A stretch of DNA of 64,000 bases from Lytechinus pictus (Eukaryota), in NCBI RefSeq assembly GCF_037042905.1, contig NC_087251.1, forward strand, positions 23,252,001 to 23,316,000, given 5' to 3'. Position numbers and translations under genes: made by a program. The notes beneath the pieces are model-generated. The model made no database searches, was not told the DNA's origin, and worked only from the letters and a program-made list of their open reading frames with translations. Numbering within the stretch: position 1 is the stretch's first letter; the number at the start of each line of letters is the position of its first letter. Positions 11,395 to 24,313 of this stretch are shown piece after piece.

Positions 11395-12910
11395 AACAAG
11401 TTCAAGTTTATTTATTCAAAACCAAATACATCACATCATAATCAAAATAGATATACATACAACGTAAATGTGTACATAAACACACATCAGTTAGATTATA
11501 GCATAGACGAATTGGTTTTAGGACCCCTTTTTAAAGCAAAGCTTGTGAGTGGGGCCCTGGAATACTTATGATTATTAACATAGAACATAGGATATACTAA
11601 TCTATAAAATACAAAAGGAGATAACAAATATATAATAAGGTTAAGATGCTAAAAATAGAATGGAAAACTATTACAAACACACATATATACACATACCCAC
11701 ACGCATTTTGGATAATCTTTTGAACATGAGAAGAGTTTTACTATTTTTTATATCAACAGGTAAACTGTTCCACTCTTTAATACAGGATAATTATATGAAA
11801 GTAGGTCAGAGTGACATTTGTTCTCGCAAATGGCTGACGAATAATAAACCTTTGACGTGTATTATATTTATGTATTTGTGAATTCTGAAGAAATAATTTT
11901 TTAAGGTACATTCTTGAGGCATTGCTTGTAGTTCGAACACACATTGAACGACACAACTTCACTTAGTGTTAGCATTTTCAGACGAAGAAATAACGGAGTA
12001 CTTGGATGGCTATAATTAGAATTTGTTTTAAGTCGTATTGCCCTTTTCTGCAATACTCTCAGTTTAACAAGATAAGACTTGAAAGTGTTTCCCCAGGCAA
12101 CATTACAATATGCCAAATAAGGTAGAACAATACTATTGTTTATTGTTATCAGTATTATTTCAGGTAAAATTGATTTACACCTACACTGCGAGACACCTTT
12201 GTGCAGACAGCATCTAGATGATTTTTCCAGGATAGGTGATATAACCCAATAAAAAAAATATTTGCACTTTGTTCAACATCATGACCCCCTGAAGACAAGT
12301 TATACGCCCTAGAAGTTTTTTACCCTTATATAGAGCGGAAAATTATGCACTTGGTTTTTTGAATATTCAAAAATAGCTTATTACAACAAAACCATGCATA
12401 CAGCTTCTTAATTTCTTGATTTGCATTCTGTAACAAATTTTCTACTGACTTATCAGCTAGCAACAGTCTGGTATCATCAGCAAACAGGGAGTATGAGAAT
12501 AATGTTGGTGAATGTATATATCGTTTACATAGATTTAGGACAACAGGGGACTAAGAACAGAACCCTGAGGTACACCATACTTAATCGTAGCATGTTTGGA
12601 TCTAGATCTATCTATCATAACAAATTGTGTTTTGTCACACAAATAGCTTCGGAACCATGACAATGCTACACCACGAATTCCATAATGTTCATGTTTCTTG
12701 AGAAGGACATCATGGTCAATGGTATCATATGCCTTTGAAAGATCTAAAAATATCCCCAGACAATATTTGTTTTTATCAATATCATTTATGATATTACTCA
12801 ATAGGTGAAAAACACCCATTTGTGTGGAGAAGTTTCTACGAAATCCGCACTGCTGAGAAATCAAGATGTTTCTTTTTAGATAAAACTCATTTAAACGTTT
12901 ATAAATTATA
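11395..12910 (-). mobile_element. Decayed CR1/L2-group LINE, RT and 3' end
   Basis: Minus-strand QCGFR, GIFLDLSKAYDTIDH, YGVPQGSVLSPLL, LFADDT (about 12470-12488), YCNVAWG..LQKRAIR; frameshifted; AATAAACTTGAACTTG-type tail near 11395-11418. Confidence 0.88.
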
Positions 12911-13179
12911 TTTGTTCCACTTGGAAATTGATAGATGATACAGTAGCTAATAATATTAAATCAAAACCTATTGACTCAATCTTTACTACTGATGTTCAAT
13001 CTGGATTGCTATTCACCGATTGCGAATGCAATAATTATTTTGTAACCACAGGTGAAAAGTTGGTAAATCAGCTTGCTTTTCATATTTCTTCATTTGCACT
13101 TTCATCTCATGATCAGAATCAGATCTTTATGTTTTTAACCCATTACATACATGGAAAGTTATGATATTGTTAGAATTTG

Positions 13180-13760
13180 CCAAACGAAAAATATGCGATT
13201 TCAGATTTGTACTCATTTTAAAGAAACTGAATTACTTTCTACCAGAAAAAGATAAAAAAAACTCCCGTGTATTAACTTCTAGAACCATTTAAGAGTTCAA
13301 ATTTGATTTTATAAATGACAACAGGATTAGGCAATTTAATTGTAAAAACAGTCATAGAATACTACCAAGTATAAGATAATCTAAGCAAATGAAAAAACAA
13401 ACATGATATTTCATGCAATTCTCGTTAAGTTCCAGAAACCGCTATCCATCTTCTTTTTAATGGTCAAGTGGAAAATGGCAAGAGTTTTTTTTTTATCGTT
13501 TCTAAATTAATAGCTGCTTTATTTGATGTTAATATTGTCTTAAGCGAAAAACTTAACTTAAAAAAATAGTAATTAAAAAAAGACAGAAATTAATGTTCTT
13601 TAATTTATTTTTTAACTTTTCACAATTTGTGAGATATTACAAAATGTTTTGGAAATTAGAATCACATGATTCATGCTTTTTATTTCATGAAAGAACTAAA
13701 AAACACGGAATTATTTAAATCGAAAGTACAATCAAAAGAAGAAGGTATCACTTTCAATCA
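13180..13760 (+). pseudogene. Possible heavily decayed L1/Tx1-like ORF2 C-terminus
   Basis: About 13405-13465 translates as DISCNSR*VPETAIHLLFN, resembling the CxxC..ET..H.L..C motif. Confidence 0.3.
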
Positions 13761-14459
13761 TTTATCACCAGTTTTATGTAATTTTATTTCATTTACGTAT
13801 TGTATGTGAGTTCTGTATATAGCGATTGTAAATACTATAATTTTATGAACAAATGAATTGAGTTTCTGCACTAAGAACGCACTTTAAAGACGTTGATTGC
13901 ATGGATATTGGTGTCATCGCTTCAGTACATGCAGGTCGTCTATTAAGTTCGTTTTAATGTATCATTTTCTTGATAATTATGTCTAAATATATTACTAACC
14001 TTGTCAGTTTATATTCTCAATTCATTCTTGATGTCGTATAATGATAGTCATAATTACACGTGTCTTTTACGAACGCATTGCATTGAGGACACCTTAGAAC
14101 GTCTTATATAATTATCCTTGGCCTAAAGCCTTTTTAGATTATTATGGCGTCCATATAAAAGTGTATATTGCCATTGGCGTATTTAGATTAAAATGTGCCC
14201 GGAAAATCTACCAATATTGCACCCAATGATTTCACTGTTATGTGATGATAAGACATATCTCACATATTCAATAATATATCAATACCTAATACTATATTTC
14301 TACATGAAGTATAACAGGAATATGTTTACCAACTCCAACTTCCCAACTTTCTTCAGAAAGTATTACTCATTCCTCTTCCAGATAAATCTCTGACGCACTA
14401 TCATTTTATTGGTTTCTTATTCACTACATTCCCCCTTCTCATTGACTGGTCCACTCCCC

Positions 14460-14657
14460 CAGAGGCGTCGATCCTGGGGGGGGCAGGGGGGGCGATCGCC
14501 CCACCAATGAAAATATTGGGGGGCAAACATATCATTTTGCCCCCCCAATAATTCCGGATATGCATAAAAATTTGAGCTCACTCTCGGCACTCGTACTATC
14601 TGTGTAGTGAGATACGTGTCTGTGTCTCATGAGTCATACATATATATAGATATATAC

Positions 14658-14721
<64 letters not shown>

Positions 14722-14728
14722 ATATATA

Positions 14729-14780
<52 letters not shown>

Positions 14781-14851
14781 TGTACGATCGAGCGCCTTTG
14801 GAACGTTAATGATTTCGCCCCCCCAATCTGAAAAATGGATCGACGCCCCTG
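14460..14851. mobile_element. hAT-type MITE containing (TA)n/(TG)n microsatellites
   Basis: TIR CAGAGGCGTCGATCC / GGATCGACGCCCCTG; 8-bp TSD CACTCCCC at 14452-14459 and 14852-14859. Confidence 0.88.
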
Positions 14852-15109
14852 CACTCCCCCAATTCAGAGTAAAGTTATGACGTTATGAAGTACTCCAGTC
14901 AGAATGATTTTGAGATTACTTTAGAGATCACAACTGATGATACTTCATCAGTTTGCATAGTTTTATTTTATCTTCTTCTTCAGAGTATAGTCACTTATCA
15001 TGTATCAGTTGTTATTGTCATCAAGTTATCATCATCTTCAATAAATGTTTACAATATGAAGTGTACATTATGGTTTGCTTTGTATTAATTTACGCTGGTT
15101 GAAAGTTAA

Positions 15110-15713
15110 AGGGATGCTCCGGGCTTAATATATTTATATCTCAATAAATAGAGAAAAATTCACAGAGCTAAATGCTGAAAACTTGATCAAAGTCGGATAA
15201 CAAATAACAAAGTTATCGAATTTTAAAGATTTGCATTATTCCGGTGAAACAGTTCTAGGCATGTCTTCATGAATATTCATTATAGGTGGGCTGATGATGT
15301 CATATCCCCACTTGTTCTTATGTATTTTATTATTTGAAATTAGGTTTATCAAAAAAAATTCTACCAAGAACTAAAACAATTGGATTGACAACTGATTAAG
15401 TGCATTAGATATTTCTTGCTGCAACTTACTTCATAATAATGGCGTCACATCATTTACACATTAAATTTATGAAAAATGAAGAAATTTTTTTTTTCATGTA
15501 ATAACATAAGAAAAGGAAAGTGGGGATGTGACATCATCAGCCCACCTAAAGAATATTCATGAAGACATGCCTAGAACTGTTTCACCAGAATGATGCAAAT
15601 CTTTAAAATTCAATAACTTTGTTATTTGTTTTCCGATTTTGAGGAAATTTTTAGCATTTTCTCTGTGAATATACTCTATTTAAATAGAAATATCTTCAGC
15701 CCGGAGCATCCCT
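15110..15713. mobile_element. Kolobok-like MITE with about 200-bp TIRs
   Basis: TTAA|AGGGATGCTCCGGGCT ... AGCCCGGAGCATCCCT|TTAA. Confidence 0.88.
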
Positions 15714-16519
15714 TTAAAGTGCAATCGATCCGACAGCTATATATGATATCACGACGGATACAAGATCAAAATTTTACAACGTTAATTGATTGTTCATAAG
15801 ATTGTAATTTCTCTCTTTATCCCTCTCGATCTTTTTCTTGACCCCCCCCCCCCCCGCCGTTTTCTCTCAAGTTTCCTTTTTCCAGCCCTAGAAGCCGGAC
15901 GCCCGGGACATGTATTTATGCGACTATCAAAATGTGATTTTAAAATCTGATATCCCCATCAATGTCCGAAAGAAGATGACAATATCCTAACACATCGCCT
16001 CAAAATGACCAAACACTGTTTTGTGTAGGTCACTGATCTGTAAAACTAGCACAGATCAGTGGTGCCAGCTGAAGTAACTTTGGTAATGACGTGTAGCTGG
16101 TTTGTGAAAGTAGGCCCAGTGACAGAAGATGTAAACGAGGGTGTATGCTGGGGTGTGAGGGTGTGTGTGAGGGTGCATATGTTAGTGTAGTAAGGAATGT
16201 GCGTGAGGGGTGTGTGTGTGTGGATGTTTTTGATGTGGTGATGAGTGTTACAAAATATGTAAGCTGCCAGTATTATTTACATTTTGCAGGTGACGGGTTA
16301 ATAATTGTAATTACTAATTTCCACACTGTGAGACGACAAGGAGCAAGGCAATCAAACGAACTCACTATGCTCTATGTTTATCATAATCGTCGATGCCCCT
16401 CCCCCCCCACACACACACATAATTTGCCGTCGAACGTCATAATATCTATGATGAATCAAATAATAATGGTAATACAAACTCAAAAAATAACAATAACTAG
16501 ATGCGGGCGAATTAGGTGG

Positions 16520-17360
16520 TATGTCGTCTCAGTTTGATTATGATGAGGACAATGATAATGACGATGATGTCTGATGACGATGATGATCATGTTGATGATA
16601 TTATGTTTGATAAACACATAGGTTCATAGCCATATAGATACACAGATTGATTGATTGATTGATAGATAGATAGATAGATAATAAAATAGATAAATAGATA
16701 GAAAGATAGACAAACATAAAGATAGATAGACAGATATATAGATATAAAGTTTAATAGAAAATAGATTACTATAAAGATTGCTAGATATATAGTCTGTCGT
16801 CTCAGTTTTCTTAAGCAACGAATATGAAAATGATTTATTTACAAATCAACTCCTTTATGATTAACATAGTAATGATGAGAATAGATTTTGACCATGATAA
16901 TGGTGATGATAATTATGGTAATAATTTTTTTTGACGATGATAATAATCTTGATGATGATGATCACTATAATGATGATGATGATGGTAATGATGATATATG
17001 TGATAAACACATATATTTACAGACAGATAGATATACATAAATACAAATAATCATGTAGATAGATAGGCAGATAGACAGACATATTTAAAAGATAAATATA
17101 TATTAGATAGATAGACTGATAGATAGATTGATTGAAAGATAGAAAGACAGATAATAGATCCAAAAACAGACAGACAGATAGATAGACAGATAGATTAATA
17201 AATATATAGATGAATCGGTAGAATTACAGACAAACATTAAGATGAATGATACTAGTACACGATAGATATAAAGCTTAATAGAAAGATAGATTAATATAGA
17301 TAGATAGTCTGTCGTCTCAGTTTTCTTGAGCAAGGAATATGAAATAATTCATTTACAAGA
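16520..17360. repeat. (GAT)n/(GATA)n microsatellite block, itself duplicated in tandem (period about 515 bp)
   Basis: AGTCTGTCGTCTCAGTTTTCTT-AGCAA-GAATATGAAA at about 16791 and 17306, each preceded by GAT and GATA runs. Confidence 0.75.
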
Positions 17361-17559
17361 TGAATTCTTTGATGCATGCAAATTTCGCCATCAACGACGA
17401 ACGACATGTCACTCTCGTGCACTACTCGTAAAAATTTCCAAAACTTTCAGTGTAAGGTCCTATGTTGCAATTAAAAAAACGGAGACGTGTACAACCACCA
17501 TCAATATTGGCTCCAATAAACAGAAAAGGGTGTAGTGTAATAACAATTAGTGACATTGG

Positions 17560-18290
17560 ACCAGGGACCGCGGAGCAAATTTGAATGTGGGGGAGGGGCG
17601 GGGGCACAGGGAAAAAAGGGCACATTTTCTTTCAAAAAGGGCACTGTCTTAAAACAAAGAAAAAATGACTTATCTACAGGATAATGGGGGGAAAATATGA
17701 GGGGGCTAGATATGTCGTATCACTTAATTTATAAGAAGCTGCGAGTGAGCAAAAAAATGTGACAATTTGATAAAGAAAATGCAATTCTGTGATAGATTTT
17801 GACATAATCAGAAGAAAATATTATATTTCACCCTTCTCTATTTCCTTTCTCTGTTTTTTTTTTTTGTGGGGGGCAAGAACCCCCATCTTTGCGCCACTGC
17901 TTATCTACCCCCTCGCATGACTCATAAAACTTTTAAAAGGCACGTAGAATCGATCAGAATATTTTTTTCTTGTTTTAAAGGGGCACTCGTTAACACACAA
18001 AACGGGTCCTTCTCGGGTGAAAGGAGCACAGAACATGTTCGTGAAGGGCTCTTTTTATGGGTACGTAAAAAGGGGCATCAATACAAGAAAGGGCACCTAT
18101 ACTAAGAAGGCAAAAGGGTTAACGGCATAAAACGGGTCCTTCTCAGGTATGAAAGGGGCACAGATCACATTCGTGAGGGGCACTTTTCATGGGTGAAAAG
18201 GGGCAATAATTCGACAAAGGGCACTTACAAGAAGGCAATGAGGCATTAGCCTGCTCACACACAACGAGTCCTTCTCAGGTGAACAGAGCA
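17560..18290. repeat. Repeat remnant with AAAGGGGCAC subrepeats and a duplicated unit of about 130 bp
   Basis: AACGGGTCCTTCTC at 18001, 18130 and a variant near 18262; many AAGGGCAC motifs. Confidence 0.55.
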
Positions 18291-19369
18291 TATACGTGCA
18301 CCAGCTATTTTTTATATTGACAAATTCTTAACTTTATAAATTGTGGGATGCATGCACCTCCGTCACCGTCAGGTAAAATTACTTTTTTAGATATAGGTTT
18401 TTTATTTCAAGTTGAGCGACCGGCCGTATGCATACTTTGAATTTGAAGAGAAAATGTTCTTTACTTGATCTGCAGATCCCAACTTTAAAGTTATGCGGCA
18501 GCCCGAACCCCGGCCCGAACATGTTCGGACTAAAGCAGATACGAACCTCGACTACTCATATCTGGCCAGTTTCCTGACCCATAATGCTAGTGTAGTCTAG
18601 TAATTAATATAGACCCACTTGAATGATAACATGCTAATTAACTATTCAATACTTTATACCGCAATAATTATGTTACCAAATAGCAAAACAATTACTTTTC
18701 CTCTCAAAACATGTTAGTTTCTCTTTACAAATACAATGACAGGTCAGTTAATTCTCTAATTAGTAGAGATCTGAAAACGTATATTTCAAGACTATGTATT
18801 TATGACACACAGTCAATTAGAGACAAAGAAAGAAGGAGAGGAACGATTTTAAAGGACACGTCGAAGAAAAGAAAGAAAATAATAGTTGGCCTAACGAGTT
18901 GGCGGTATACTAATAGTCAAATATGACTGGTCGCCATTAATTTCCAACAAACAACAACAACAGAGAGACCACACAGTTCACTCGCCCTTTAAACTTTGCC
19001 TACCGTATACTAGTCTGGTCTGTTAGCGAAATTATGTGGACACGGTGGACAAAAGCATGATTTTTTCTACAGACCTTTGTTTATGTATAAGAATTAAAAA
19101 TGGGGTATGCTCCAAAAAATCTGGCTGCAGGAACAGTGAAAAAATGGGTGAAAATGTCAGAATTTATGAGTTTAGATTGGTCTGATATATAGACTAGCAC
19201 CAGTGCAAAACTCAATAGCAGTGCATTATTTAGCATTGGTTTAGTTCTTAAATTCAGACCCCTTTTGAACAGATGTTCTGTTTGTCCTCACATCTCAATG
19301 CATCAAATATCTGAATGCAGATGCTAAACAAGCCGAAGGGTGGCGGTGGAGGGGGTTGAATGTTGGTGT

Positions 19370-19985
19370 GTATGTACATATTTTGATCTTGGGGTAAAGA
19401 TGTGCAAAACACATTTTTTGCATGTGTTGGAATTGGTGTTGCCATGGTAACAGTGTATTATGGCAAAAATAAGGTAAAAATCTTGCACTTAGAACTTCTT
19501 CCTCTGTTTTTAACTGATTCTCATGAAATTTGGCACACACATTGGTCTTGAGGTGAAGATATCCAAGACACATTTTTGTGTGTCTTTCAGAAATCTCGTT
19601 GCCATGGTAACAACATATTATATGGTGAAAATTGGGAAAAAACTTACAATTCAAACTGCTTCATCAGTTTTCAATCAATTCACATGAAATTCGGCACACA
19701 CATTGGTATTGAAGTAAAGATGTACAAGGCACTTTTTGTGTGTGTTTCAGAAATTGTGTTGCCATGGTAACAACATACTATATGACAAGATTTAGGTAAA
19801 AACCTTGCAATTTGAACTACTTCATCAGTTTTGAACCAATTCTCATGAAATTTGGCTCACACATTTGCCTTGGGGTAAAGATGTGCAAGAACCATTTTTG
19901 TGCATTTGTCAGAGAGTGCATTGCCATGGTAACCACATATGATAGCCAGAAATGCAGGAAAACTCATTGTGGATCAAACTACTTC
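19370..19985 (+). repeat. 160-bp tandem array (about 4 units) of a Helentron-type element in the left foldback arm; mirrored at about 22825-23425
   Basis: GTTGCCATGGTAAC at 19438, 19598, 19758 and a variant at 19920; 3' end GGGGTATTAATCACCTTCAGT..TTCTA near 20100-20130 recurs at 31560-31590. Confidence 0.75.
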
Positions 19986-21379
19986 CCCTGATCTTAGTCT
20001 CCGTGCTCATAAAAGTTGGAAGAAATATTCATCTTGGGGTAAAGATTCATATTAAATTCTAAATGTCTTCTCTGCATTAAAATGTTCACGCCAGAGTGTG
20101 GGGTATTAATCACCTTCAGTAATATTTCTAGGTTTTGGAGGGAGGGGCGGGATTGGTCCTTAAAATCTGACATCAAAATAAAGAAGGTTAAAGGCGGTGG
20201 CCATTAGGAACATAAAAATGATAAACACTCTTAAAATAAGCATCCCCTCAAGGGCATAGGCTGGGGGTACACTGGGTGAATGTGAAACCTTCAGCTGAGG
20301 CAGAGGAGTTCCAACACTGGCAAGCAAAACGAAATGTGTACCCCTTCTACTTTCAACAGCTGATTTTCCAAACCTTAGTTCCACCTCCCCAAGATGTGCA
20401 CCCCTCCCCATGCCACTTTTAGTTCTACCTCCCCATGCTCAAACCAGTCTACGCCTTTGCCCCTCCGGGGTCTTTGCATTTTTAAAGCGAGACATTACTC
20501 CTTTTTTTGGGGGGGTCTTTAGAAAATGACCTCATAAAAGTAAAAGTTAAAGGATTATGACTAGGAACTTAACCCCCCCCCCCCGAAAAAATCGGGGGGC
20601 GATATATTTTTTGAGCAGAATAAAAAGCACCCCCCCCCCTAAAAGGTAAGAAGAGTCCTTTGCACTTCAGACCATTCATTTGAAGTTTAAGGCATTCTGA
20701 TTTGATAAAAAATTGTTTACGTACCCAATTAATCATTGTTTATTTATATTCTCCTACTCAGTCTTTTATTCATATTCCGTTCCTACTCTTTCTATTTAAC
20801 TTGATCACATCACTCTTGATTTTGAGCTTCACCATACCATCTCCTTCTGTTTCCTCTCTCCTTTTTTTACTCTCTCTCCAAGTATATTTTTTCTGACATA
20901 TTTTAGAGTGTACCTTTAATCATGCAACTAATCAAAGAAATATAAATATATACAAAAATCTCTGCACTCGTTTTAGAAATTCACTTGCAAATCCATGACT
21001 CAATAACATACCATATCAAAAATATACATATGTACGGAATAGATTTTAGCCTTCTATTTTCTTTCATTTAATTTTTTCAGTATATTTCTGTGACAGCCCC
21101 TGCTTTATACATCCTACATCTCCCATTGTCAAAAAATGAATATTATGTTTCAGTAGCCGTCGGATGCAAACTCTGACTGTCATGAAAAAAAAATGCAAAT
21201 AATTTTCCATTGGAGTAAAGACAAACTTATTCACTGTTCATTGAGCAAAAATGTAATGATGACTTTTATTTCTCTACATATAATCATATTCTAGTCATAT
21301 CCCTTTCAGATGGTGGTAACTGCAGGAATGGGAAAACTCAGTGATAAAACTAAAATTTTCACAGAGGATTTTCGGAAAA

Positions 21380-21660
21380 TAACTAAATCTATTTTTTCAA
21401 GCAACAGTTATTCCATTCTGAATGCTGCAACCTTGTTAATATGAATTTGATGCACCTTTACCAAAATATAATATCATGACAGTCATTTCTTCAATTCTTT
21501 AAACTAGACATTAAATATTGCTAATAGTATTATTCAGGACAGAGTGTAGCCAAAATGGAGTTTAAAAGATTTTGAAAAAAATGAATGTCATGGTATTATA
21601 TTTCGGTGTAGGTGTAAGCATTCAAAATTGAATAATTGTTGCTAGATAATAATGGATTAA
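21380..21660. repeat. Old small inverted repeat in the foldback spacer
   Basis: CACCTTTACCAAAATATAATATCATGAC (about 21453) vs GTCATGGTATTATATTTCGGTGTAGGTG (about 21587). Confidence 0.55.
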
Positions 21661-22198
21661 AATAGCAAAGAAAAATGTACTTAGAGAGGAAGACAAAGAG
21701 GGGGAGAGAGGAAACAAAACAAGAAGGTATGGTAAAGATCAAAAGTGCAAAAAGTGATGTAAGAAAGTCAGAGTAGGAACTGAAATGAACAAAAACTGAG
21801 TAGAAGCAAAATAAAACATTGATTTATAATAATTGGGCACCGGAAACGATCTTTTATCAAAGCAAAATGTTTTAGGCTTAAAATTAATATGCTGAAGTGC
21901 AAAGGATTTTTCTCCCCCCTTTTTTTTTTGGGGGGGGGGGGTTAAGTGCCTAGTCGTAATAATTTCCTTTACTCTTTATGTGACAATTTTCTAAAGCCCC
22001 CCCCCCCCCCAAAAAAAAAAAAAAAAAAAAAAAAATGGAAGGGGTGCTTTTTTAAGAGTGTTAAGTTCCTAATGGTCATGGCCTTTAACCTTTTATATCT
22101 TTATGTTGTCAGTTTTAATTACCTCCTCCGCCCCCCAAAAAAGAACCTATAAATATTATTGGAAGTGATTAATACCCTGCGCTATTATATGACGTTAA

Positions 22199-22750
22199 AG
22201 GGGAATCCAACCCAAATAAACACTTAGATGAAAAATCAGACAAGTTTATAGGTTTATCGGACAAACCATAATAAAGTTGTGAATTTATAAAGTTGTAAAC
22301 ATTGGTAATCACTATACCCGTGAAGACTTCAAATTGGCCGCATATGTGATGTCATAGTGATGTAAGGCAAGGACCAATCTTCCATGTACTGGAATAATTA
22401 ATTGGCTAAAATGTTTTTTTCAAAAGTTTTACAAATTGTATCTTTCTTTCATGAGGACATAAAAATACTACCAGGTTCATATTACGGCCCCAATGGAATA
22501 GGGATGAAGGAGAAAACCCAAAATCCTGATAATTAAGTACAAGGCCTATGGGAAAGTTGTCCTTGCAGCCTCGCCCCTTGTCATAATTTACTTACCTAGT
22601 TGCCAATTTGAAATCTACATACTAGTAGTCTTAGGGATCTTAATTTTAAAGCAACCATAAATTTTGCTTGTCCGATTTCTTTTAAACTTTCACCATTCTT
22701 ATTTTTCTCCTTTTCCACACAACATTTTATGACCAAGGCTGGATTCCCCT
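22199..22750. mobile_element. Kolobok-like MITE inserted in the right foldback arm only
   Basis: TTAA|AGGGGAATCCA ... TGGATTCCCCT|TTAA; absent from the mirror position in the left arm. Confidence 0.85.
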
Positions 22751-24313
22751 TTAACACTGAATACGAATCTTTACCCAAAATGAATATTTGTGTCAAATTT
22801 AATGAGCACAGGCTGAAAACAGAAGTAGATTGATCCACAATGAGTTTTCCTGCATTTCTAGCTATCATATGTGGTTACCCTGGCAATGCACTCTCTGACA
22901 AATGCAAAAAAAGGTTCTTGCACATCTTTACCTCAAGGCCTGTGAGCCGTATTTCATGAAAATTGGTTCAAAACTGATGAAGTAGTTCAAATTGCAAGGT
23001 TTTTACCTAAATCTTGCCATATAATATGTTGTTACCATGGCAACACAATTTCTGAAACACACACAAAAAGTGCCTTGTACATCTTTACTTCAATACCAAT
23101 GTGTGTGCCGAATTTCATGTGAATTGATTGAAAACTGATGAAGCAGTTTGAATTGTAAGTTTTTTCCCAATTTTCACCATGTAATATGTTGTTACCATGG
23201 CAACAAGAATTCTGAAAGACACACAAAAATGTGTCTTGGATATCTTCACCTCAAGACCAATGTGTGTGCCAAATTTCATGAGAATCAGTTAAAAACAGAG
23301 GAAGAAGTTCTAAGTGCAAGATTTTTACCTTATTTTTGCCATAATACACTGTTACCATGGCAACACCAATTCCAACACATGCAAAAAATGTGTTTTGCAC
23401 ATCTTTACCCCAAGATCAAAATATGTACATACACACCAACATTCAACCCCCTCCACCGCCACCCTTCGGCTTGTTTAGCATCTGCATTCAGATATTAATT
23501 TTGATGCATTTAGATGTGAGGAGAAACAGAACATCTGTTCAAAAGGGGTCTGAATTCTAGAACTAACCCAATGCAAAATAATGCACTGCTATTGAGTTTT
23601 GCACTGGCGCTAGTCTATATATCAGACCAATCTAAACTCATAAATTCTGACATTTTCACCCATTTTTTTCACTGTTCCTGCAGCCAGATTTTTTGGAGCA
23701 TACCCCATTTTTAATTCTTATACATAAACAAAGGTCTGGAGAAAAAATCATGCTTTTGTCCACCGTGTCCACAAGTAGGGTATTTTTGACGGTAACAGAC
23801 CGGACTATACCGAACTTTTTGAAATTCGATGTGGCCGGGTATTCCATCCACCGTATTCAAGTTAATCCGGCCGTAGCGCTCGGGAAAGCTGAAAAAAAAA
23901 AACTTCTAGCTCAGTCAGAGGTTAGGCAGGAGGACCATCCGTTTAAAGGTATGACTTAATAAATGATAATTCTCGAAATGATTTAACTTTAAGATACAAG
24001 TTGTGGCCGTAACTTTTTCTATAAAATTTCATTTGACTGTGAATAGGTACCTTGTAAATGTAATCAAGAATCGAGATGCGAGAGCCCATGCCATGGGCGT
24101 CAGTGTCACCAGCAAGCTCGGCGTTGACCGTTGTTTCCCCTGCCCTAACCCAGGGAGCTCCGGCCAGCTAAGCGGGCCGGGGCCCAGGTCAGAGTCGACC
24201 GTGCAAAACGAGGGAGACACGGGACTGGGCCTGGGGTAGATTGGGGTCTTAATAGTAATCTTGGCATGCCGCAATCTTAATAAAATGTGGAAACAGAATT
24301 TGGTAAGAGTTCC

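Larger units (their letters stand above)
19035..23773. mobile_element. 4.7-kb foldback (long inverted repeat) structure
   Basis: TGTGGACACGGTGGACAAAAGC ... GCTTTTGTCCACCGTGTCCACA; about 950 bp near-identical arms (mirror ORFs 19295-19654 minus / 23148-23498 plus); diverged mirror similarity continues to about 20880 / 21665; no TSD seen. Confidence 0.9.

Noticed and set aside
19254..23560. Mirror ORFs of 63-119 aa in the foldback arms as a duplicated gene
   Set aside because: They are translations of a 160-bp tandem repeat, with no domain or splice support
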